DNA of 64,000 bases, from IMG/VR virus record IMGVR_UViG_3300025158_000018. One strand, given 5' to 3'. The stretch comes from a virus. How positions within the stretch are numbered: position 1 is the first letter of the stretch; each line of letters starts with the position of its first letter. The notes beneath the pieces are model-generated. The model had not been told where the DNA came from and searched no databases. It was given only the letters and a program-made list of their open reading frames with translations. This document shows positions 28,645 to 38,297 of the stretch, piece after piece. The position numbers were made by a program, and so were the translations under genes.

Positions 28645-29118
28645 TTGGTTATGGGACTAAGAGCTTATGGAATGATTTCCAACACAAAAGAAATTGGTGG
28701 CCGTGAGATATCGGTGGTAAAATCTTGCAACAGTTTTTTTATTCAGCAAGAAGGATTGAAGGGAACGCTGCTTCTTCCTTCTGCCTTGGATGAACAACTT
28801 GAACTTGTAGCTTATCTGGAAGATGAAATATATAACCATCAAACCAACAACAACATTAACAAGACGGCTACCGGTGCCTCGATTGAGTCGAGTATCATGT
28901 ACCTCACCACCGACCGAAAATTTAAATATTTTTGTGGATATTCGGCCCAGAATGATGTTTACCGTTTAATATTGACAACACATTTTGGTTCAACCTCCAA
29001 GGAAGAAAACAGTGTTAGAATTATAACATTTTCTGCTGGTGAAATTGAAAACTTTTTAGAGTTTCTCAAAGAATCATTTTCTGAATTGTCTAGGTTCAGA
29101 GACGAGGACTTGCTATGA
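28645..29118 (+). CDS. hypothetical protein
   Basis: ORF. Confidence 0.45.
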   Translation: MVMGLRAYGMISNTKEIGGREISVVKSCNSFFIQQEGLKGTLLLPSALDEQLELVAYLEDEIYNHQTNNNINKTATGASIESSIMYLTTDRKFKYFCGYSAQNDVYRLILTTHFGSTSKEENSVRIITFSAGEIENFLEFLKESFSELSRFRDEDLL

Positions 29119-29600
29119 AAAAAGATAAATTCAAAGAACACCAATACGAAATGGACACACACAAACTTCTAACAAGGTTTGAAGATATTATGGATTGTTT
29201 GTCTTCTCATCATATTGAATATTATCAATATAGCGACTTTTCGAGGACCATTTTAGGGGGTGTGTTCGGAGAATTGATTGTTGTTGATGGGCGTATACTT
29301 AAAACAAGAACCAACGACTCGGTATACGACGTAGAAAAATTATGTGAATATAGTATTGTAGAAGATGATATGATCATAATTAAACATCAACACGAAAATT
29401 TGGAAACCAATCGTAAATCCCAAAATCAATATTATGTTTTAAAAGAAGGTGCAATTGAAGGTGAAGCCGTAATCGTGTCTGCGGGTGACTATTATTCATC
29501 TGTTCCGGTCATTTCGTCATCCATGGCTACCTATTTTTGGTCAGAGTTAAATGTGATAGAACGGGCATTGAAGAAAGATTTCCCGGAATATTGGAAATGA
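29115..29600 (+). CDS. small DCL-motif paralog family protein (member B), ends EYWK
   Basis: FEDIMDCLSSHH; C-terminal DFPEYWK. Confidence 0.55.
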   Translation: MKKDKFKEHQYEMDTHKLLTRFEDIMDCLSSHHIEYYQYSDFSRTILGGVFGELIVVDGRILKTRTNDSVYDVEKLCEYSIVEDDMIIIKHQHENLETNRKSQNQYYVLKEGAIEGEAVIVSAGDYYSSVPVISSSMATYFWSELNVIERALKKDFPEYWK

Positions 29601-30007
29601 CAGAAGAAGAAAATAAAAAATTGAATATAGAGTTGTGCGAACTATTCCAAGACATTTGGGATTGTCTTAGAACTTCTAATAAATTTGATGAACTCTATTA
29701 TTTAATTGAGTCTACCAGAAATCCCGTGTACCAACTTAGAGAAGAACATCTTGACATTTCGACCGATTACGTTTATAGGATAACAATAATTGATGAAAAC
29801 ATTATACACTTTGTAATATCTATGGCTAGTGGATACATGAGTTTTACGGTAGACCAAGAACTAGAAACTGCCCAACAGACAGTGAACGATCCGGATAGAA
29901 ACACGGATTTTAAATTTTCTGAAGGATTACGTATGAATGAACATGATATTTGTGTTTTAGAAAACGTTTTAGATTGGTGTGAAAAAATCAACCCGGATTA
30001 TTGGTAA
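29597..30007 (+). CDS. small DCL-motif paralog family protein (member C), ends DYW
   Basis: FQDIWDCLRTSN; C-term NPDYW; ATGA start/stop overlap with member B. Confidence 0.55.
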   Translation: MTEEENKKLNIELCELFQDIWDCLRTSNKFDELYYLIESTRNPVYQLREEHLDISTDYVYRITIIDENIIHFVISMASGYMSFTVDQELETAQQTVNDPDRNTDFKFSEGLRMNEHDICVLENVLDWCEKINPDYW

Positions 30008-30525
30008 TGAATATTATAAACAGAATAAAATCTATGATGAATTTTCGCACCCGAGACGAGCCTAAAAACGAAGAACTTGGGAACGAAATCGAGTTTGTTG
30101 GAATAAGTAATGTTATTGGAAAGGACCAGATTCGGTTTATAATTTTTTATGAATTCGGGCATGTGGTTGATTGTTTAGATGCTATTTTTTCCAACAATAT
30201 GGAACAACAGGTTTGCAAAAATATTTCAAGGTCAGATTTGTGTATTACTGAATTGGGTGTGGGGGATTATGTAGATGAATACGGGGATACATGGGTTAAT
30301 GTGTTATTAATAACACCAACACATTTCTCACATAAAAAACCTCTTTTCCATGAATTTTTGTTCGCGTTTCGAGAGACTGACAATATAGACTTAAAAGATT
30401 CCATAACAGTCAAGCTTATGCATAAAACTAAAACTGATCTCAATGTGACAGAATGGCAAGATCTTGTTGAAAGAACTTTTATTCAAATAATTCAGGTTGG
30501 TAAAAAAATTGAAGGATATTGGTAA
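30007..30525 (+). CDS. small DCL-motif paralog family protein (member D), ends GYW
   Basis: FGHVVDCLDAIFSNN; C-term KIEGYW; TAATG overlap with member C. Confidence 0.55.
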   Translation: MNIINRIKSMMNFRTRDEPKNEELGNEIEFVGISNVIGKDQIRFIIFYEFGHVVDCLDAIFSNNMEQQVCKNISRSDLCITELGVGDYVDEYGDTWVNVLLITPTHFSHKKPLFHEFLFAFRETDNIDLKDSITVKLMHKTKTDLNVTEWQDLVERTFIQIIQVGKKIEGYW

Positions 30526-30926
30526 TCATGCTGCCCCATAATAACGACAATCGTTTTTTTGATGACATAAAAAGACTTTGTTCAGGTGTTAGTAACTGTA
30601 CAGTTCATACAGATTGTCTATCGCTTTACACCAAAGTCCATATTAAATTTACAATGGACGTAGATTTTATTTCTGATTGCGTGTATTGTTTTCTCAATTC
30701 TACACATGGAAGACTTTTTATGGAAGAACACGAATTTGAATTCGATTCTAATGAAGAGTGTTTTAGCAAAAATTGTCATTATGCGATGAATGAAATGGAA
30801 ATAGCTTCGGAAATTTTATGTCTCTTTAGTAGCATAGAAAATGCAATCCAGAAGGACAAATCTTATTTCTCAGAAGAAGAAAGACCTGACGTATTAGAAA
30901 AACTGAAAAAATCACTAAGAGGATAA
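30519..30926 (+). CDS. small Cys-rich protein, probable divergent member of DCL family (member E)
   Basis: VHTDCLSLY, FISDCVYCF. Confidence 0.45.
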   Translation: MVIMLPHNNDNRFFDDIKRLCSGVSNCTVHTDCLSLYTKVHIKFTMDVDFISDCVYCFLNSTHGRLFMEEHEFEFDSNEECFSKNCHYAMNEMEIASEILCLFSSIENAIQKDKSYFSEEERPDVLEKLKKSLRG

Positions 30927-30929
30927 AAA

Positions 30930-31469
30930 ATGACAACATATGCAATGATTGATATAGAAACAACAGATACGAGCGCGAGGACATGCATCCTCAGTATAGG
31001 TATTGTGTTTTTTGACAATGAAGAAATAACCAAACAATTGTATATACTACCGGAACTCCAACCGCAGATTGATGCGGGAAGGCGTTTAAGTGTATCTACA
31101 CTGAATTTCTGGATGACACAAAGCTCAGAGGCCAAGAGAGACGTTTTTAGTCAAGAGTCACGCGTTAGTATAGATTATGCAATAGAACAGCTTAGGAGAC
31201 TCGACAAGGCCGACATCATCCTCTCACACGACTTGGACTTGGACTTGGCAGCAATCATAGACTTTTACAATCAGTTTGCTGAAGATAATACAATCCCACT
31301 ATTTCATTATCGAAAGAAAAGATGTTTTAGAACCATTGGGCGAATCTATGACCCACGGTGCAAGTATCAACCGGAACGAACCGTGTATCACAACGCCTTA
31401 GACGACGCACTTGTACAAGCCAAACATTTCATGAGACTTCGTGAAGAGTTTGACATAAACATAGAATAA
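30930..31469 (+). CDS. DEDDh-family 3'-5' exonuclease (DnaQ-like)
   Basis: Exo I MIDIETTD, Exo III YHNALDDA. Confidence 0.75.
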   Translation: MTTYAMIDIETTDTSARTCILSIGIVFFDNEEITKQLYILPELQPQIDAGRRLSVSTLNFWMTQSSEAKRDVFSQESRVSIDYAIEQLRRLDKADIILSHDLDLDLAAIIDFYNQFAEDNTIPLFHYRKKRCFRTIGRIYDPRCKYQPERTVYHNALDDALVQAKHFMRLREEFDINIE

Positions 31470-31486
31470 CGAAAGAGAATCAAACT

Positions 31487-31807
31487 ATGAATATATTTTA
31501 CGTTGACGATCCGATATCGTCTTTTTTACAACATTGTTCCAACAACAGAAACCCAATACCGGGGGTGCAGGTCAATACAACCCCAAGAATGATAATGTTT
31601 AGCTACGTGGATGGCAACAAAGAAAATAGATCTTTTACCTTCCATACTGAAGAAAAATCATTCTCTGTTCGTTCAAATGGTCACTTCATAGGAAAATTTT
31701 CCTATGAAGGCGACAAGATCTTGGCGGATTGGTCTAATCGATTGACAAAATCTGAAAAACGTGTCATGATGGAAAATATCCAAGAGTTCTTTAGGAAGAT
31801 ACAATGA
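31487..31807 (+). CDS. hypothetical protein
   Basis: ORF. Confidence 0.45.
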   Translation: MNIFYVDDPISSFLQHCSNNRNPIPGVQVNTTPRMIMFSYVDGNKENRSFTFHTEEKSFSVRSNGHFIGKFSYEGDKILADWSNRLTKSEKRVMMENIQEFFRKIQ

Positions 31808-32337
31808 ACCTAGAAGACAACAAATGGTTGTACCGTCATCTTAAATTAGCTGAAGAAATTTCGGGATGGTCAAAAGACCAATCCACGAAGGTGGGGGCCT
31901 TGATAGTGACTCCGGAAGGTAAACCCGTTTCATGGGGATACAATGGAATTCCTATGGGCGTCAATGAATCTGATTCGAATGGCTCTTTGAATAGAAACTA
32001 TGCCCCCACGAAATACCATTATTATGCTCATGCGGAAAGAAATGCTCTTGATTTGAGTAGAAGTTCTGTTCAAGACTGTTGGCTATTCACGACACACCCA
32101 CCATGTTCTGACTGTGCTAGAGGTATCATCCAAACTGGAATATCTACCGTGGTGGTTAATGTAAAAGGGCTACATGATTTTCTATCTAGGAGAAGTTCGG
32201 ATTGGTGTGAATCGGCGTTTCATTCGGTTACAATGTTTGGGGAAGCCGGTGTTGGTGTCGTTTACTTTGACATGATTAAAGGTATTAGAGTAGAACCAGA
32301 AGCAATAACAATAACAAAGGAGCAGGTATGTTTGTAA
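31804..32337 (+). CDS. cd: dCMP (deoxycytidylate) deaminase
   Basis: zinc motifs HAERNAL and PCSDCA. Confidence 0.85.
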   Translation: MNLEDNKWLYRHLKLAEEISGWSKDQSTKVGALIVTPEGKPVSWGYNGIPMGVNESDSNGSLNRNYAPTKYHYYAHAERNALDLSRSSVQDCWLFTTHPPCSDCARGIIQTGISTVVVNVKGLHDFLSRRSSDWCESAFHSVTMFGEAGVGVVYFDMIKGIRVEPEAITITKEQVCL

Positions 32338-32729
32338 AACACATAGAAGAACAAAATTTCATTGATGCTGGGTTTTCAATAAACCCCCTATCTAGAGAAA
32401 CCTTCTCTAAGCAGATAATAGACTCTGACACGATATCGACATATGTCCAAGTATGGATAGATGTCAATACCTATCGGTTCAAAGCCGTTACTGATAAGGA
32501 AGGTACTGTAGAATATGGTAGTATCCGAAACAAAGAAGACCTTGCTGAAGTCAATCGAAGATTTTTCGAAGATCATAAAAAAGAGTTTCTTGTTCGTCAG
32601 CTGATACCATTGGTGGACGAAAAAATCCAAATGGACAGTATTCAAAGAGCAATTCTGTTGAACATCATAGAAATGTTTGACGATGGACAAGTTGACGATC
32701 TGATTAAAACCCATTTTGGAGATGTATGA
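32328..32729 (+). CDS. hypothetical protein
   Basis: ORF. Confidence 0.45.
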   Translation: MFVKHIEEQNFIDAGFSINPLSRETFSKQIIDSDTISTYVQVWIDVNTYRFKAVTDKEGTVEYGSIRNKEDLAEVNRRFFEDHKKEFLVRQLIPLVDEKIQMDSIQRAILLNIIEMFDDGQVDDLIKTHFGDV

Positions 32730-33337
32730 TGAAAAAACCCACTTCTCATATTATTTTAACAAACAACGTCTCCGAAATTATTTCCCTGTCTAGGAACATG
32801 AAACGTGAAAGTGGTGGGATGAAATTTTCTACCGTTAAAGGAAACAAACGCACTCTTTCTCTTGAAGATATTTTTACCAAGAGGGAAATTCATTTGAAAT
32901 GTTTGAAAACCGACACGACGCCACCGCTAAAATATATATGCACGTTTGAAAAAGCGTTTGATCTGGGTCCCCTAGTTCAATATTTTTCTTGGAATGACCA
33001 AACTAAATCTAGTCTATATCTGGGAGATTTTGATTTCCCCCAGCTTATAGACATTCTAAAAGTAATGGACAATCGGGATAAGCTTAATCTTTGTTTAATA
33101 GTTTCCGAGAACATAAACACAAAAAGTATTGGTTTTTTGATTGAATCAGAAAACCAAAACATAGGCATCATTATAGATTATTCCAGAGATTCCAATGGAG
33201 TGACACCATTTAAGATATTCGGAATTAGCAGCACTTCAGACGGTGTATTAGAGCTTTTTTACACGAGTCCACAGGAAGGACAGGAAGGTTTCAAATTGGC
33301 GATATCTCTAATAGAAAAATATTCGGTGAAAGCTTGA
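32726..33337 (+). CDS. hypothetical protein
   Basis: ORF. Confidence 0.45.
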   Translation: MMKKPTSHIILTNNVSEIISLSRNMKRESGGMKFSTVKGNKRTLSLEDIFTKREIHLKCLKTDTTPPLKYICTFEKAFDLGPLVQYFSWNDQTKSSLYLGDFDFPQLIDILKVMDNRDKLNLCLIVSENINTKSIGFLIESENQNIGIIIDYSRDSNGVTPFKIFGISSTSDGVLELFYTSPQEGQEGFKLAISLIEKYSVKA

Positions 33338-33531
33338 TGAGTGATTCAGTCGTAATAGAGTGTATCAAAGAAAAGATCGCAGAAGAGAAAAAAGCCAATC
33401 CAATGCTTCTCGATAAATTTACAGACACAGTGGAATTTGAGATGGGACTCAAGATAGGAATGGAGGCCATCTACGAATACCTGTCAAATCGCTACGAATT
33501 CGTAGAGAAGAAAGCTGTTGAAGATAAATAG
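33334..33531 (+). CDS. hypothetical protein
   Basis: ORF. Confidence 0.35.
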   Translation: MMSDSVVIECIKEKIAEEKKANPMLLDKFTDTVEFEMGLKIGMEAIYEYLSNRYEFVEKKAVEDK

Positions 33532-33553
33532 TAATAGCATTCAAAAAATAACC

Positions 33554-33868
33554 ATGAAAATATTCCTATTTGTTCTTCTGTTTTTAGTGGCCGGGTGTAC
33601 ACCCCCCACAACAAATGATATACTAGATAATCAATGGACTTGTAAACACTTGTACGATAGAGAACGTACATACATTTTCGATGCTAATAACATAAAAAAA
33701 ATTCAACCACAACAATGCTCTGCTATCATCATGAGAGACGGAGCATGCCCTGTTTACATTCGAATCGTCCTAGACTCTGGTGAAACTATCTGGTTTACTG
33801 AAGCCGAATGGGAAAATTATACTTGTAATTTCGAAGGGGAAAACCATGAAACTAGAAAAGATATTTGA
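33554..33868 (+). CDS. putative lipoprotein
   Basis: signal peptide MKIFLFVLLFLVAGC with lipobox Cys. Confidence 0.5.
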   Translation: MKIFLFVLLFLVAGCTPPTTNDILDNQWTCKHLYDRERTYIFDANNIKKIQPQQCSAIIMRDGACPVYIRIVLDSGETIWFTEAEWENYTCNFEGENHETRKDI

Positions 33869-34124
33869 AGAAATACACTCCAATGAAGCAGAAACGGTCC
33901 GCAAAGCATCTGCACCGGGTAAATTGGGTGGTTTTATAACCAGTGCGCAAGCCGCCAAGCTGTTGGGCGTGGAAATGTCCAGAATCCGTCAACTAGTCGG
34001 AGAAGGCAAGTTGAAGTCATACAAACCGGAGGCCGGTCGTAGAGACCATATACTCAAGCGCTCGGAAGTAGAAAAACTCAGAGGTAAGAAAAAAGACAAA
34101 GGCGGAAGACCAGAAGGGTCTTGA
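33846..34124 (+). CDS. HTH DNA-binding protein
   Basis: AAKLLGVEMSRIRQLVGEGKL helix-turn-helix; basic C-terminus. Confidence 0.45.
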   Translation: MKLEKIFEEIHSNEAETVRKASAPGKLGGFITSAQAAKLLGVEMSRIRQLVGEGKLKSYKPEAGRRDHILKRSEVEKLRGKKKDKGGRPEGS

Positions 34125-34173
34125 CCCATAACGCCCAAGCTTTTATAATTAAAATCTTACATGAGGAAAAACT

Positions 34174-34464
34174 ATGAACCAAAACATTGTAGCAGAAATT
34201 TACACTAAACCATCTTGCCCCTACTGTGTCAAAGCAAAAAAAGTTCTGGAGCGACATGGAATTGAGGTTGAAGAACGAATCGTTGGACAAGATGCTACCA
34301 AAGAAGACATTCAAGCAATTGTAGACCGCTTGGGGGTTGATGCTACCGTTAAAACTGTACCACAAATATTCTTCCACACCACCACTAATGCTGGTAGTAT
34401 AGAATATATTGGTGGCTGTGACGATCTTATTAAATACCTTGGGGGCGATGGGCGCTCCCAATAA
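34174..34464 (+). CDS. nrdC: glutaredoxin (NrdC/NrdH-like)
   Basis: CPYC active site, Y.K..CPYC.KAK..L pattern, TVPQIF. Confidence 0.85.
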   Translation: MNQNIVAEIYTKPSCPYCVKAKKVLERHGIEVEERIVGQDATKEDIQAIVDRLGVDATVKTVPQIFFHTTTNAGSIEYIGGCDDLIKYLGGDGRSQ

Positions 34465-34488
34465 TCCAACACAATAAGGAGATTTATA

Positions 34489-34656
34489 ATGGAAGACCAA
34501 ACAGTACAAGTGATGCTTATACTAGCTGGACTCGCCGTTCTAGTTTGGGCTGTTTTGAAATGGCGAAAAAGAGACGACGATGACAACAACGGAGGAGGGG
34601 GAAACCCACCTAGACCACCGGGTGGTGGTGGAACACCTCCACAGCAGATGAAATAA
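34489..34656 (+). CDS. small membrane protein with G/P-rich tail (55 aa)
   Basis: perfect AAGGAG RBS 8 nt upstream of ATG; TM helix; weak hairpin+T-run after stop. Confidence 0.5.
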   Translation: MEDQTVQVMLILAGLAVLVWAVLKWRKRDDDDNNGGGGNPPRPPGGGGTPPQQMK

Positions 34657-34739
34657 ACATCTAAAAATATAAAACCCTCGCCCTGCGGGGGTTTTTCATT
34701 TGACAGTACAAGAAGTTTCTGCTATCATATTCTCTCAGA

Positions 34740-35291
34740 ATGAGGAAATTTAGAATGAAATTTTTCAAATTTTTAACTGCCCAATTTGGACTAGCAGAAG
34801 CAGATTTAGATTATTATCTAATGCAACTTTTTATGGTACCGATGATACACATTTTTGCTATTATCCCGTGGTTGTTTGGTCCCACCATAGGGCAAAGTTT
34901 TCCTACTACACCTATTATCTTAGTCTTTTCGGGCGCAATAGTATCTTTTTCTTTGGCCGCAATTGATAATATAATAGAGCTTATCTCGGATTATCTAACT
35001 AGATCCCGTAGCACAATCAGAAAATTCTTTGCGAAAAATTTTGTTCCAGATCATTTGTTAGAATATTATAGAGAACCGGTTCTACCTCCGGGATATTTTT
35101 TTCCAAGACCCATGCCTTTTGTTGCGTTAATGTCTTTTTGGGCATCAACGATGGGCTTGATAGGGGCAATTCTACACTTTCCATGGATAACATTGGGAAC
35201 AATACTAGTATTGTTACTAGTAACAATCGGATTTATAATTCTCAGAAAAAAATTCGACGAATACTATAACAAGATTGGGGACAAAAAATGA
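34740..35291 (+). CDS. hypothetical multi-pass membrane protein
   Basis: hydrophobic helices. Confidence 0.5.
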   Translation: MRKFRMKFFKFLTAQFGLAEADLDYYLMQLFMVPMIHIFAIIPWLFGPTIGQSFPTTPIILVFSGAIVSFSLAAIDNIIELISDYLTRSRSTIRKFFAKNFVPDHLLEYYREPVLPPGYFFPRPMPFVALMSFWASTMGLIGAILHFPWITLGTILVLLLVTIGFIILRKKFDEYYNKIGDKK

Positions 35292-35713
35292 TCAAAGAAA
35301 TTATCTTAGCCGGAAATGTAATCGCATCTTCCGCAGAAAATTTAGTTGAATTAAATGGTTATTGGGAGAATTCGCAACACGCAGTATCAATCAATATTAC
35401 CAACACCAGCGGTGAAATTATATGGTATACAACCGGATTTACTGTCGGAGAAGATGTTTGGTACAATGGGGAACTTTATTACTCTGAATATATCAGCGCC
35501 TATTGTGCCGATCTAACTCCCGGAAACACCATTCTACCAACTGTACTGTACCCCGTTCCACCTCTAGGAACCATCTGTATGGATGTTATTGATGAAACTT
35601 TGATCATTGGTTACTCTGTTGAAATGAGGGATTTTGGGAATTGCTTGTTCATGACTTGGAATTCGCATATCCCCCGGAAATGCGGCGGTAATATGGACAT
35701 GTTTAGAAAATGA
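35288..35713 (+). CDS. hypothetical protein
   Basis: ORF. Confidence 0.45.
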   Translation: MIKEIILAGNVIASSAENLVELNGYWENSQHAVSINITNTSGEIIWYTTGFTVGEDVWYNGELYYSEYISAYCADLTPGNTILPTVLYPVPPLGTICMDVIDETLIIGYSVEMRDFGNCLFMTWNSHIPRKCGGNMDMFRK

Positions 35714-36183
35714 AATTGATTAAAGGTGATTTATTGAAAAATACCAGTGGACTTCTATTGCATGGAGTCAACTGTCAACAAAAAATGAATTCTGGGATAG
35801 CAAAAGCAATAAGAGCAAAATGGCCTATAGTGTTTCAAGAATACTACAAGTTGGGAAAAGGAAAGCACTTGCTTGGAACTTTTCAACCAGTCGTCATTAG
35901 TAATTATCTGGTTATTGGAAATTGTTTTACTCAGGAATTTTATGGTCACACTGGTGGGCCATACGCTGACCTTGGGGCCATACGTAAGTCCTTGACAACT
36001 GCCGCAGAGTGGGCTAAAATTGAAGACATGGAACTGAAGATGCCGAAAATTGGAGCCGGTCTGGGCGGATTGGATTGGGTTGATGTAGCTATGGTAGTGG
36101 AAGAAGTAGAAGAATCGGTGGGCATAGAAATTAGTGTTTATCAAATTTCCCCCGGTACACAAAAAGCTGTGCTTTTTCGTTAG
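35710..36183 (+). CDS. macrodomain protein, TARG1/OARD1/DarG-like
   Basis: GDLL..LLHGVNCQQKMNSGIAKAIRAKWP and KIGAGLGGLDWVDV match TARG1-type macrodomain pattern as recalled. Confidence 0.65.
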   Translation: MKLIKGDLLKNTSGLLLHGVNCQQKMNSGIAKAIRAKWPIVFQEYYKLGKGKHLLGTFQPVVISNYLVIGNCFTQEFYGHTGGPYADLGAIRKSLTTAAEWAKIEDMELKMPKIGAGLGGLDWVDVAMVVEEVEESVGIEISVYQISPGTQKAVLFR

Positions 36184-36229
36184 TATTTGAATTCTATAAA
36201 TAGTATTCAGAACAGCTATACAAATTATC

Positions 36230-36424
36230 ATGACAAAGAAAACACTAACTGATTCGACAAACGACTTACGCTACAAGGTTATCGGAGAAAACGGCAGAGT
36301 TCTGACCGTTGAATCTTCTAAACTCATGGCAGACGTATTTGTAAGTAATCTTACAGAGGACCAAAAAAGTAAATGTATTATAGTTCCTGTCATGGAAGAC
36401 AACCGAGAAGTTTTATTGGGTTAA
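36230..36424 (+). CDS. hypothetical small protein
   Basis: ORF. Confidence 0.35.
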   Translation: MTKKTLTDSTNDLRYKVIGENGRVLTVESSKLMADVFVSNLTEDQKSKCIIVPVMEDNREVLLG

Positions 36425-36687
36425 ACTGGAGACGAGTCTCCCATCAAATTCAAATCAATTTGAGCCAACGCTTCACTAGCAGTGGCAAACAAATTTTCTG
36501 GTAACACAAAATCGGTTTTTTCTTCATTTTCGTATTTAACTACATATTCCCCAATAGAAGCGGGGATGGAAGATGTTAGATAAGTTTCAAACGTATATTG
36601 AAGGACCAATACCTTTTTCACACAATCATTGTTAATGACTGCATATGCTGTATCTCCGGGAACAAAATCATAGGTGTGAGTAGCCAT
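36421..36687 (-). CDS. hypothetical protein
   Basis: ORF. Confidence 0.4.
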   Translation of the reverse strand: MATHTYDFVPGDTAYAVINNDCVKKVLVLQYTFETYLTSSIPASIGEYVVKYENEEKTDFVLPENLFATASEALAQIDLNLMGDSSPV

Positions 36688-36780
36688 TGTTAGTTACTTT
36701 CTTGTTTATTATATTTAGCTTGCCCGTGTAACGAAAAAGGATGTTCCTCTTGTCCTAAAGATGTTAACAGAGTCTAACAT

Positions 36781-37116
36781 TTAATCATCGGGTGTGTTTT
36801 TTGTCTTCCATGCCCAACAGGACCAATATCCCGGTGTCGTTTTATCTTTTTTTTCACTACACTTGTGTCTTGCCATAAACGATTTTCGTCTTTCAGGATT
36901 GTGTTTCTTTATAGAAAGGTTGGGATCACCGAAGTTTACTTTAACAACATTGCCCCTATCATTCTTGACATAGACCGAAAATTTCTTGGGACCATCACCA
37001 TTTCGAAATGGCTTGTTGAGCGTTACCTTTTTACCTTGGTATTCGGCGCTTTCTTCTATTAAATCAAGGCTATCGTCTTGTCCACGCTCTTGTAGAAAAT
37101 TTAAAAAAGACATCAT
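36781..37116 (-). CDS. hypothetical basic protein
   Basis: ORF. Confidence 0.4.
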   Translation of the reverse strand: MMSFLNFLQERGQDDSLDLIEESAEYQGKKVTLNKPFRNGDGPKKFSVYVKNDRGNVVKVNFGDPNLSIKKHNPERRKSFMARHKCSEKKDKTTPGYWSCWAWKTKNTPDD

Positions 37117-37344
37117 TGTTTTCCAGCATTTCTGTTTTTATTTATCCAGATAGATATATAAACTAGAAAGATCAATTAGGAGCAAAAAATGCTTGAAGAC
37201 TTAGCTAAAAACATATCCGATCTTATAGAGAATCTTGAAACTCTAAACGAAGAGATTATAAACGATTCTTCCAAAGAAGACCTTATATACGAACTTGAGA
37301 GCATCATAAAAAATATTGAGAATTATCTCAATGACGACGACTGA

Positions 37345-38190
37345 TCACATTATAAAGATACTACCCTCGTAATTGTCTAACATCTTTTGAAGTTCTGATT
37401 TGTAATAGTACCCAATGGCATCCAAGGCGCTTTCCGCTTCACTATATTCTACGTCTCCTTGAGCGCAATAATTCCTTCGGCCCGATTTTACACATCTTGG
37501 AAGCTCTTTGAATTTTATGTTTCCAGTGATCATGTATTGAGCACCTAATTCATTGAAAACTTCGAACCAGTCTCTAATCTTTCTGTCTCTGGCCGACTTA
37601 AATGTACCCACCTCTTGAAAAAAATTCTTCATGAATAACTGGAAATTCCTTCCAGTATTATAAGTTGTTTCATATCGAACATCACGGTCACCATGGTCTA
37701 TGACACCATACAACTTTGTGATGTATGAAAAGTAGCGTAGTAATTCATCAGCAGGTTTGGTGTATTCTTTTTGGAAGCCGACGCCCCCTTTTCTAGCAAA
37801 AGCATGCATCATCCTGTGTGCAATAATCCAAGGAGTCATATGAAATCTCTGGTCTGCCGAGTTATTGGTCATAACAACGGTGATGTCGTTTGAGCCATGG
37901 ACCTTTTGGACAGTAGAGGCTACTTCATCCCCCAGATATTTCCTGACTTCCTCTATATCGACTTTTCCGTGTTCTGTGATTCTGCCACCCTGTGGGGTGT
38001 TGACAAACACGAGGTTGATGTTTTGTTTGGTTTTTCCAAATTTTTTCTTGATGTTTTCAATTGACGCTGGATGTGTTATAATATTTCTATCTCGTTCATG
38101 GCGAAACGAAGAATTTTTGGAGAAATTGCCGACATGTTCGATATCCCGTATAGGGGCTTCTTTCAATACATCTAATATTTTCATAACCAA
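37345..38190 (-). CDS. hypothetical protein (281 aa)
   Basis: ORF. Confidence 0.5.
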   Translation of the reverse strand: MVMKILDVLKEAPIRDIEHVGNFSKNSSFRHERDRNIITHPASIENIKKKFGKTKQNINLVFVNTPQGGRITEHGKVDIEEVRKYLGDEVASTVQKVHGSNDITVVMTNNSADQRFHMTPWIIAHRMMHAFARKGGVGFQKEYTKPADELLRYFSYITKLYGVIDHGDRDVRYETTYNTGRNFQLFMKNFFQEVGTFKSARDRKIRDWFEVFNELGAQYMITGNIKFKELPRCVKSGRRNYCAQGDVEYSEAESALDAIGYYYKSELQKMLDNYEGSIFIM

Positions 38191-38297
38191 GTATATTTGT
38201 ATTTCTAATATTTACTGAAATAAATAGAATTATATCAAAATTCGCAATTGGCCCGAAACCAATAATAAACAATTTAGAGAGAATATGGAAAATTGAA

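Noticed and set aside
34655-34695. Terminator after the small membrane protein gene
   Set aside because: The stem is only ~3-4 bp with mismatches despite the T-run. It was not called as a feature.
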